Shown piece by piece: positions 26,301-33,703 of a stretch of DNA of 36,122 nt. The DNA comes from a virus. Taxonomy: Duplodnaviria; Caudoviricetes. The stretch lies in IMG/VR virus record IMGVR_UViG_3300020403_000037, positions 1 to 36,122 of that record. The stretch is one strand, 5' to 3'. The translations under genes were made by a program, and so were the position numbers. Each line of letters begins with the position of its first letter. Within the stretch, counting starts at the first letter, position 1. The notes beneath the pieces were generated by a model. That model was not told where the DNA came from, made no database searches, and saw only the letters and a program-made list of their open reading frames with translations.

Positions 26301-29300
26301 ACTCTTACTCAATGGATAGATATCAAGGTGATATCCCTATTGTTGATGGAACTAGAGCTACTGATATTGTAGATTTACGTCCAAGAGTTACTGGATTTGA
26401 CCCAACAACTGCAACTGCATCTCCATTTGAGTACAATTCAAGAGAATTTGCACAGAGTGCTAACTCAACTACAGATATTTTTGCAAAAGATAAGGCAATT
26501 GTTCTTTCATACAACTACTTCTTACCAAGAATCGATAAGTTGTACTTAACAAAAGAGGGAACTTTTGTTCTTAATAAGGGAATCTCCTCATTGGCACCAA
26601 AAGAACCAAGTTCTCTTGATTCTGCACTTGAAATTGCAACTATATTCTTGCCTGCTTATGTTTACAACATAAAGGATATCAAGTTCTCTCTTGCTACACA
26701 CAAGAGATATACTATGAAGGATATCTCAAGATTGGAGACTAGACTTTCAAACGTAGAATATTACAGTTCACTTTCTCTTCTAGAAACCGATACTAAGAAC
26801 TTAACTATTAGAGACCCAAGAACTGGTCTTGATAAGTTTAAGTCTGGATTCTTTGTTGATAACTTCAAGTCTTATAATGGTGGAGACATCGCAAACCCAT
26901 CATATAAAGCAAGTGTTGATACTGCATCTGGAATCCTCAGACCACAACACTACACCACTTCTTTGGACCTAATTCTTGGTTCTGAAGCAATTATTGGTAT
27001 TGGTACAACATCCAATCCAAATGCAGATTTAAGATTTGCAAATGATTTGGGTAATGAGAATGTAACCAGAATCAATGATTTGGTTATGCTCAACTATGAA
27101 AGTGTTGAGTATACTAAGAATGAGTTTGCAACCAGAGTTGAAAATGTAAACCCATTCAACACACCAAGTTGGATTGGTAGCATTGAGTTAAACCCATCAA
27201 CAGACACTTGGATTGAGACAAGAAGAACTGAGAGAACTGACGATATTGAAGGAAGTTTCAATACAACAATGCAAGCTCTTGGTGTTGACTCAAACACTGG
27301 TCTTTCACCAGTTAACTGGAATGCTTGGGAAACAAACTGGACTGGAACTTCTACTACCCAAGGACCAGTTGTTGCTGAAATTCAGCAAGGAACAAGACTT
27401 GTATCTACAAATGTTCAAAATGATTGGTGGGGAACTACAACCACAAGAACATTTGGTGATGATTTCTTACAATTCAGCAATGAGACCACTACACGTACAA
27501 CAGAACAGTCTAGACAGGGAATTCAGTTTGGTGTAAGTGAGAGATTTGATACCGTATCTCTTGGTGACAGATTAGTTTCTAGAGCAGTCATCACTATGAT
27601 GAGGTCTAGAAATATCGAGGTTATTGGAAGAAGACTGAAACCTGCAACCCGTTTGTATGCATTCTTCGACAATGTGAACATGACTAGGTTCATGGTTCCT
27701 AAGTTGATTGAAGTTAAAATGACCAGTGGTTCATTTACTGCAGGTGAAGTTGTTCGTGGTTTCGTTCCTGTAACTGGTTCTAACACATCAATCACATTTA
27801 GATTGGCAACTCAGAATCATAAGTATGGTCCATTTAATGCACCAACAGAAACATACAAAGAAAATCCATATGATGTAAATAGTGTTCTTTCAGAAGATTA
27901 CTCATCAACAACTAAAGTACTCAATGTTGATACTGCAAGTTTAGAGAATCAAGCAGACTCTAGATTCTTTGGTTCAATCGTAAAGGGTATGCAGTTAGTT
28001 GGTGCATCTAGTGGTGCTATTGCTGATGTTGAAGACATTAGACTTATTACTGACTCTGCTGGTACTGTTATTTCTTCACTATTCATTCCTGACCCAACAA
28101 TTCCTTCAAATCCAGAATTTGAATCAGGAACCAAGACTCTTGTATTGACAACAAACGAGTCAAATGATCCTATCAAAGACAGTGGAGAAAGTACAGCAGA
28201 AGGAACATTTACTTCTGATGGAACAATTGATAATGTTGAGGATGTAACTCTAAGAATCAGAAATGCTAATGTAGAGAGAAACATTAGAAATGAAGCCAGA
28301 ACTCTAACAGAAACTGAAGATAGACTTGTTGCTAACACTATCACTAGAAATAGACTAGTAACGACTAGAGTTCAGAGAAGATGGGGAGACCCTCTTGCAC
28401 AGTCTTTTGAAGTTCAAGACCCTAATGGAGTATTCATTACTGATTGTGATATCTTCTTTAGAACAAAGGATGCTGGAGAACTTCCAGTAACACTTCAGAT
28501 TAGAACTATGTCGTTGGGTCTACCAACACAAGAAATTCTACCATTTGCTGAAGTTTCTATAGATCCATCACAAGTTTCTGTTTCTAATGATGCATCTGTT
28601 CCTACTAAGTTCACATTCCCCGCACCAGTTTATCTAGAAACACAAAATTCATATTCAATTGTTCTAATCAGTAACTCAGATTCATACAATGTATGGATTT
28701 CCAGAATGACTGAAGAGGATGTTTCTACTAGCAACAAACCAGAGGCAGAGAAAGTCATTGTTTCTCAGCAACCATCTCTTGGTTCACTATTCAAGTCTCA
28801 GAATGGTGCTACATGGGAACCTTCCCAGTTGGAAGATTTGAAATTTACACTCTACAGAGCAAACTTTACTCAAGAAGAGGGCAACTTCAAGTTCTATAAT
28901 CCAAATCTTGGTGTAGGTAATAGACAAATTGCTTCACTAAGACCAAATCCAATTGTTGCATATTCTAAGAAAATTTTAGTTGGACTCGCAGGAAGTATAA
29001 CTCCAACAGATGCTGCAGAACTTATTCCAGGAACTACAATATATCAGACAAATTATCCAGATTTCTCTGGTAAGTTGACAAGTGTTGTTGGTGCTATTGG
29101 AATTGGTTCCGAACTTGTTATGACACATGCTGGAACAGCATACACATCTAATGCAACATATTCCGACGCACCTTTAGTTTCTATTACTGGACGAGGTTCT
29201 GGTGGTAAAGTCAACTTAACTATTCAAGGTGGTGTTGCAGTTGCGGCAACTGTTTCTATGGGTGGAACTGGATATGCAATTGGTGATGCATTAACTGTAT

Positions 29301-30913
29301 CTGCAACAAATACTGGTGGATTCGGAAAAGATTTGGTAATGACTATTCCAAATACTGTGGGAGTCATATCTTCGTTTAATTCACTGATTATTGACCAAGT
29401 ACAGGATGATATTAATACATCTGGTACTACTAATGAGATTTCATATGTAAACACAAGTAATGGTATTTCTACCGTAACTGGTGGTCTTGTTAATTTTGCT
29501 GAAACTCTGCAAGATGGACTACATTTCAAGGTTAGCCACAATAATCATGGAATGTATGATAGTCAGAATGTTGTTAAACTCTATGGAATTGAATCTGACG
29601 TTCCTGCAGAAAAAACAACTGCTCTGTTCAATCAATCAAATACAGGAGATATTACAGTTTCCTCTGTAGGAATCTTCACCTCATTTGAAAATATTGGTGT
29701 TTCATCTGACAATCCTGGATATGTCAAGATGAACAATGAAGTCATCAAATATACTGGTGTTAATACCGCAACTAGTGCATTGACAGGCATTACTAGAGGT
29801 ATTGATAACACAGATGACGGTGTATTCCATGCTATGGTAATTCCTTCTCATCCAATTGGAACACCTGTATTTAAGTATGAATTCAATGGTGTTTCACTCA
29901 GAAGAATCAACAAAAAGCATAGTCTCGATGATGCTAACAAGATTGATTATCCAATCACTGTTGATGGATATACTATTAAACTTGACCCCGAGACTTCAGG
30001 TAAAGATAGAAAGAATGGTACACCAAAACTATTCTTTAAGCAGACCAAGACTGGTGGAACTTATGATCTGAATATTTCATCTGCTGCGGTTAACGCATTA
30101 AGTGGACCAAAAGCAACACATAATATTCAGTATACAAGTGTCAGACCAAACTTACAGTCACTTCTTCCTGAAACAACATCTATTGATGCAAAAATTAGAA
30201 CTATTAGTGGAACAAGTCCAAGTGGTTCCGAAAATTCATTCGTTGTAGAACCATTTGAACCAATTTCTCTAAATTCTAACAATTATTTCGATACTCCAAG
30301 AATTCTCTGTTCTAGAGTTAATGAACTTGATAATATTTCAGATTTCTTTGGACATAAATCATTTACCATGGAACTGAATCTATCAACAAAGGATACAAAA
30401 GTATCTCCAGTTGTAGACTTAGATAGAGTTAACATGATTATGACTACAAACAGAATTGATAAACCAATTCCTGATTTGAAGAAAGATTCTAGAGTCAATA
30501 GTCTCTACTATGATCCACACTCTGCGATTTATGTATCTAGAGTTATCAAATTAGACAAAGGTGCTACAAGTCTAAAAGTATTCTTCGATGCATATCGTGA
30601 CAGCACTAATGAAATCGTCGTAATGTATAGATTATTAAGAGCAGATGCACCTTCAGACCAGCAATTGTATGAGTTCTTCCCTGGTTTCGATAATCTAGAC
30701 CAAGATGGTAATGTAATTAATGCGAAATCAAACAGTGGAAACCCAGATGTTAAGATTTTGTCTTCAGCATCTGAATCTGAGTTCCAAAGTTATGAATATA
30801 CTTCACCAGAAGTACCACTATTCAATGGATTCCAGATTAAAGTCATTATGACAGGAACTAATCAAGCAATTGTTCCTAAGATTAAGGACCTGAGAGCAAT
30901 CGCAACATTATGA
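23369..30913 (+). CDS. VrlC-like / DUF4815 large virion structural protein
   Basis: 2514 aa with NLNVSPYFDDF, VLFKP..PIQARELTTLQSILQNQ, APGADRLK, RYTMKDI..LE.R..NVEYY, FKSGFFVDNF, DPLAQSF and SLFKSQN..TW...Q.EDLKF. Confidence 0.88.
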   Translation: MPQNTNLNVSPYFDDFDASKNYQRVLFKPATPIQARELTTLQSILQNQLESFGQHFFKEGSMVIPGNIAYDDDYTNVQIDETHLGIPVSLYLESLKGKLIRGETSGVTAKVEGYISGIDSERDNVTLYIKYQTSSNTDFTTSKFADGENLIAVDDIVYGISAIRSGSSLATTIISNSISTGSAVKIASGIYFIRGFFVTVNPQTVILDQYDNSPSYRVGLLIDEELVVASNTNDDLFDNAQGFSNFSAPGADRLKLTATLIKKEITDFNDENFIELLRLTDGVPQNFVKETESKLIQDEIARRIYDLHGDYYMRPFRLSIKESLNNQVGNNGVYNSDQQTRQGNIPSADLGCIVVSPGKATVRGYDIETVDSTIIDFEKPRETNKVTNHTLPFSVGRQIEVNNVYGSLPVGFGSTSQVQLYDSRTGAQGTSSGTKIGVARVYDLKLKNAAYENNETKYECSLYDIQTYTHLTLNATVTLSASSYIEGTVSGASGYLVESVTDGEILHLYQVSGNFREDEEIKVNGINNGRIVTQIRDFGLGDVHQIYADNQASGIGSFSADPVLSKTFNLSPIGAEYKVSEASAGVSTVTSTSPNFTVGIKTGDIISFSQAGDTIPTFNKVTGVDSTNNKLELGVTNTVTGISNGALPLNDVETSDLKKVSLEVLNAENAFLYSRLKNVNIASLDLSDSKIVVRRSYNVTIANGSFSSVLETDLNFALEPFDEEDYNITYVASGNVEPLTNQKLNVTGRTISLTNLTEDGDAILTVTFQKVKASVKDKVFQRCSSLIVDGSSLSSSGLGATTLSDGLTYREHYGLRVQDDVISLNVPDVVQVLGIYESSSSDDPSLPRIYLEELNSSISNFINGERVIGETSGAVALVASNDGINSIEVVYINENRFALNETITSTETNISGDITALEIGDKNIRDNYSLDSGQRSEYYDYSRIVRKVNTEAPNKKIRVIFNNFTINTSDIGDFVSADSYSMDRYQGDIPIVDGTRATDIVDLRPRVTGFDPTTATASPFEYNSREFAQSANSTTDIFAKDKAIVLSYNYFLPRIDKLYLTKEGTFVLNKGISSLAPKEPSSLDSALEIATIFLPAYVYNIKDIKFSLATHKRYTMKDISRLETRLSNVEYYSSLSLLETDTKNLTIRDPRTGLDKFKSGFFVDNFKSYNGGDIANPSYKASVDTASGILRPQHYTTSLDLILGSEAIIGIGTTSNPNADLRFANDLGNENVTRINDLVMLNYESVEYTKNEFATRVENVNPFNTPSWIGSIELNPSTDTWIETRRTERTDDIEGSFNTTMQALGVDSNTGLSPVNWNAWETNWTGTSTTQGPVVAEIQQGTRLVSTNVQNDWWGTTTTRTFGDDFLQFSNETTTRTTEQSRQGIQFGVSERFDTVSLGDRLVSRAVITMMRSRNIEVIGRRLKPATRLYAFFDNVNMTRFMVPKLIEVKMTSGSFTAGEVVRGFVPVTGSNTSITFRLATQNHKYGPFNAPTETYKENPYDVNSVLSEDYSSTTKVLNVDTASLENQADSRFFGSIVKGMQLVGASSGAIADVEDIRLITDSAGTVISSLFIPDPTIPSNPEFESGTKTLVLTTNESNDPIKDSGESTAEGTFTSDGTIDNVEDVTLRIRNANVERNIRNEARTLTETEDRLVANTITRNRLVTTRVQRRWGDPLAQSFEVQDPNGVFITDCDIFFRTKDAGELPVTLQIRTMSLGLPTQEILPFAEVSIDPSQVSVSNDASVPTKFTFPAPVYLETQNSYSIVLISNSDSYNVWISRMTEEDVSTSNKPEAEKVIVSQQPSLGSLFKSQNGATWEPSQLEDLKFTLYRANFTQEEGNFKFYNPNLGVGNRQIASLRPNPIVAYSKKILVGLAGSITPTDAAELIPGTTIYQTNYPDFSGKLTSVVGAIGIGSELVMTHAGTAYTSNATYSDAPLVSITGRGSGGKVNLTIQGGVAVAATVSMGGTGYAIGDALTVSATNTGGFGKDLVMTIPNTVGVISSFNSLIIDQVQDDINTSGTTNEISYVNTSNGISTVTGGLVNFAETLQDGLHFKVSHNNHGMYDSQNVVKLYGIESDVPAEKTTALFNQSNTGDITVSSVGIFTSFENIGVSSDNPGYVKMNNEVIKYTGVNTATSALTGITRGIDNTDDGVFHAMVIPSHPIGTPVFKYEFNGVSLRRINKKHSLDDANKIDYPITVDGYTIKLDPETSGKDRKNGTPKLFFKQTKTGGTYDLNISSAAVNALSGPKATHNIQYTSVRPNLQSLLPETTSIDAKIRTISGTSPSGSENSFVVEPFEPISLNSNNYFDTPRILCSRVNELDNISDFFGHKSFTMELNLSTKDTKVSPVVDLDRVNMIMTTNRIDKPIPDLKKDSRVNSLYYDPHSAIYVSRVIKLDKGATSLKVFFDAYRDSTNEIVVMYRLLRADAPSDQQLYEFFPGFDNLDQDGNVINAKSNSGNPDVKILSSASESEFQSYEYTSPEVPLFNGFQIKVIMTGTNQAIVPKIKDLRAIATL

Positions 30914-31113
30914 TACCGATTAAAGATAATAAGGGTCTCTTCAGAGATGAGGAGACCAATGCTGTCATTAATACTAATGACAAGGAATATAATGATTACA
31001 TGAGAGCAAAGAAAGCAAAGTTGTCCGAAAAGGAAGAACTTGATAAAATGAAAGATGATATCAGTGAAATTAAAGATGCACTGAAAATTATCATGCAAAA
31101 GATAAATACTTAA
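30910..31113 (+). CDS. small hypothetical protein with a C-terminal coiled coil
   Basis: 67 aa with an ATGA overlap, LFRDEETNAVIN, and heptads LDKMKDDISEIKDALKII. Confidence 0.8.
   Translation: MIPIKDNKGLFRDEETNAVINTNDKEYNDYMRAKKAKLSEKEELDKMKDDISEIKDALKIIMQKINT
31101..31108 (+). promoter_or_regulatory. late promoter GATAAATA
   Basis: NATAAATA 20 nt before ATG31129. Confidence 0.65.
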
Positions 31114-31128
31114 AATTAAACACCTGCA

Positions 31129-31464
31129 ATGTCTGCTAAGATAATCAATTTAGTATTAGAGCAAGGTACTGATTTCCAAAGCACTTTTACCATTTATAAT
31201 GAGAATGGGTCTAGACTCAATCTGACTAATTATACGGCAAATAGTGTTATTAAGAAGCATCCAACTTCTTCTACATCATTTCCTTTCACAATCTCTTTCC
31301 CTAATAGAGCACAGGGAAAAGTTATGGTGTCTATGGCAAGAACTGATACTACTCTTTTGAGTGGTGGCAGATATGTGTATGATGTTATGATTACTTCTCC
31401 AACAAATACTACTCTGAGAGTTGTTCAGGGTAGTGTTCTTGTTACTCCTGGAGTAAGTCTATGA
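31129..31464 (+). CDS. small virion structural protein (beta-sandwich, BppU-N-like)
   Basis: 111 aa with NLVLEQGTDF, LNLTNYT, GRYVYDV and RVVQG.V.VTPGV. Confidence 0.7.
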   Translation: MSAKIINLVLEQGTDFQSTFTIYNENGSRLNLTNYTANSVIKKHPTSSTSFPFTISFPNRAQGKVMVSMARTDTTLLSGGRYVYDVMITSPTNTTLRVVQGSVLVTPGVSL

Positions 31465-32168
31465 CCAATTATGATGTAAGAGTATCTTCTCCAAATTTTA
31501 ATGTAAATCTCCAGGGTGAAGATGCGTATAATGTAGATGTAAATTATGAGGCACCGTTAAGAAGTGTCCAATATACTAATCTAATCATTGACGACTTTTC
31601 ATCATTATTTGATGGAACTAGAACTATATTTGATTTGGTTGTAAATGGGGCACCATATACACCATCAAATGAACAACAGATAATTGTATCTGTAAATGGA
31701 CTTCAACTCCGTCCAGGAATTGATTATCAAGTTTCTGGAAGCACAATAGAATTTGCATCTGCACCTTCTAATGGTTCTGAATTTTCTGGAGTTGCACTAC
31801 AGACAACTGCAGATTTAACTAGAACTGTTGTATTCTTGATTGACAATGGTTCTAATGATATAACTCCAGGTGATAAAGGACTTTTGACAATGGACATTAC
31901 TGGTGACATTGTTGAGTGGAGAGTCCTCTCAGAACAGACTGGAAATATAGCTATAAATATAGAAAAGGCAACATATGCCGACTTCCCCGATAATTTTACA
32001 TCAATCGTAGGAAGTGAATTCCCTGTTTTACTAAATCAAAATAAGAATAAGGACGATAATCTTACAACTTGGTCCAAAAACCTTGATGTAGGGGATGTTC
32101 TACGATTCAGTGCTTTGAGTTGTACAGGAATCCAGAGATGCTCTGTATTTCTCAAAATAAAGATTTAA
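31461..32168 (+). CDS. putative virion structural protein
   Basis: 235 aa with an ATGA overlap. It contains the DDFSSLFDG..TIFDL / VSVNG.Q..PG.DY / IEFASAP module also seen in 16840..21681. Confidence 0.7.
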   Translation: MTNYDVRVSSPNFNVNLQGEDAYNVDVNYEAPLRSVQYTNLIIDDFSSLFDGTRTIFDLVVNGAPYTPSNEQQIIVSVNGLQLRPGIDYQVSGSTIEFASAPSNGSEFSGVALQTTADLTRTVVFLIDNGSNDITPGDKGLLTMDITGDIVEWRVLSEQTGNIAINIEKATYADFPDNFTSIVGSEFPVLLNQNKNKDDNLTTWSKNLDVGDVLRFSALSCTGIQRCSVFLKIKI

Positions 32169-32173
32169 TTTAC

Positions 32174-32181
32174 TATAAATA
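32174..32181 (+). promoter_or_regulatory. T4 late promoter TATAAATA
   Basis: Exact consensus in the intergenic gap, with SD AGGAG at 32221-32225. Confidence 0.85.
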
Positions 32182-32234
32182 GGTTTAGAAAGCATTTAAT
32201 AAACGTTCAATTACGTAGTTAGGAGACTTTATCA

Positions 32235-33614
32235 ATGGCACTATTAGTACCAGATTGTGGCGAACTTCAATCCTTAAGATACCTTGTCAACAGCAACCAT
32301 GAGATTCCAAGAAATCTCATCCTAAAGCTGTATTCTAGTGACACGGAACCAAGTGAATCTGATGTTCCTGCAGATAATAAGTACTACGAACCATTCGATG
32401 CAACAGGTAACGTAGGTTACGGCACTGCACCAACAAATGGTTATCCAGAAGTAATTAATAATAGATTCGATCAGGATTATTCCAGACAGTATGGTATCCT
32501 TCTTAACGGAAACCTCTGGAATGTAAGAACGATTACAAATGCTATTGTTACCACAACTGGTTCTGGTACTGTAAACGAGTACACAATCACCGTTTCATCC
32601 ACAACCAACATTGCAGTTGGTCACTATGTATCTGGTGGTGGTGTAGGAAGTAAGGCAACTGTTGCTGCTATTGACGGCAACACAATCGTCCTAACAGTTC
32701 CTAACACTGCAACATTCCTCAACCAGAACATCGAATTTGGTGCAGGAACCACAACTGCATCATATCCTGAGCAGACCTTCACCTTTACCTCTGCTGCTAA
32801 TAACCAGTATGGTTACTACCTAGTAAGAGCAAACAACCTTCCAGTTGAACTGGTTGGTGTTACCGATGCTGCTTCAGTTGCTGAAGGTGTTGCAGTTGGT
32901 AAGACACAAACAACTGGTACTATCGGACAAGATTTCGTTACTCTCTTCGATAAGAAGTATGAACCAACTGGTGTAGGTTCAACTGGATTCTTCATCGTTG
33001 ACGTTACTGATGCAAGTGGAATCACCACCAACCAGAGAGTTGCTGGTACAAACATTCCAGCAGAAACAAGAGTTGTCGGTACTGCAGGTACAAACAGAAT
33101 TTACCTAGACAAAGCAACAACTGGAACAGTTTCTGGTGTTGTTACATTCACAGAGAATGTTGGTGAGAATATCTGCGTAGGTATGGCAGTAACCCACGGT
33201 AATCTACCTGGTGAGGTTAATGGTATTGCTGCAGGAACTAAGGTTACTGGTTATGACGAAATTCAAAGAATCGTCTATCTAAGCAATAACCTAGTTAACA
33301 ACATCCAGGCTGCTACGGGTGACACAGTATACTTCAACTATAGTGAAGTAACTGCTGCAAACCACGGTCTCAGCAAGGGTGATGTAATCTACATCGCAGC
33401 AGGAACAGGTAACACCGTTACCGAATCTTCCTCTTATGCTGTCTTTGAGTCTGTAGACGCAAATACATTCACAACGAAACCTGCTCTTGCGGGTGTTGGA
33501 AGTGCAACTCTTTACAGCAGCATCATGTTTGCTGAAAGATTCACAAACGGTCCATACAACATTCAGAACAACGGTGACCAAATTAAAGTCACACTGAATA
33601 TCAGCCTCGACTGA
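32235..33614 (+). CDS. putative virion structural protein, probably abundant
   Basis: 459 aa with LILKLY, ASYPEQTFTF, YGYYLV and FAERFTNGPYNI.N.GDQIKVT. It has its own late promoter, strong SD and terminator. Confidence 0.75.
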   Translation: MALLVPDCGELQSLRYLVNSNHEIPRNLILKLYSSDTEPSESDVPADNKYYEPFDATGNVGYGTAPTNGYPEVINNRFDQDYSRQYGILLNGNLWNVRTITNAIVTTTGSGTVNEYTITVSSTTNIAVGHYVSGGGVGSKATVAAIDGNTIVLTVPNTATFLNQNIEFGAGTTTASYPEQTFTFTSAANNQYGYYLVRANNLPVELVGVTDAASVAEGVAVGKTQTTGTIGQDFVTLFDKKYEPTGVGSTGFFIVDVTDASGITTNQRVAGTNIPAETRVVGTAGTNRIYLDKATTGTVSGVVTFTENVGENICVGMAVTHGNLPGEVNGIAAGTKVTGYDEIQRIVYLSNNLVNNIQAATGDTVYFNYSEVTAANHGLSKGDVIYIAAGTGNTVTESSSYAVFESVDANTFTTKPALAGVGSATLYSSIMFAERFTNGPYNIQNNGDQIKVTLNISLD

Positions 33615-33643
33615 TTACTTTCTTGGTTACATCGTTTTATTAT

Positions 33644-33679
33644 GGAGGGAGTGGGAGAACCCATCCCTCCTTATTTTTT
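33644..33679 (+). terminator. Rho-independent terminator with a bulged stem
   Basis: GGAGGGAGTGGG-AGAA-CCCATCCCTCC (11 pairs, one bulge) followed by TTATTTTTT. Confidence 0.8.
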
Positions 33680-33703
33680 CTCTATTTTTAATGAGGAGTA
33701 TAA

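Noticed and set aside
3834-30913. Inteins, introns or homing endonucleases in the giant ORFs
   Set aside because: I saw no Hint splice-junction, LAGLIDADG, HNH or GIY-YIG motifs. The size is explained by structural repeats.
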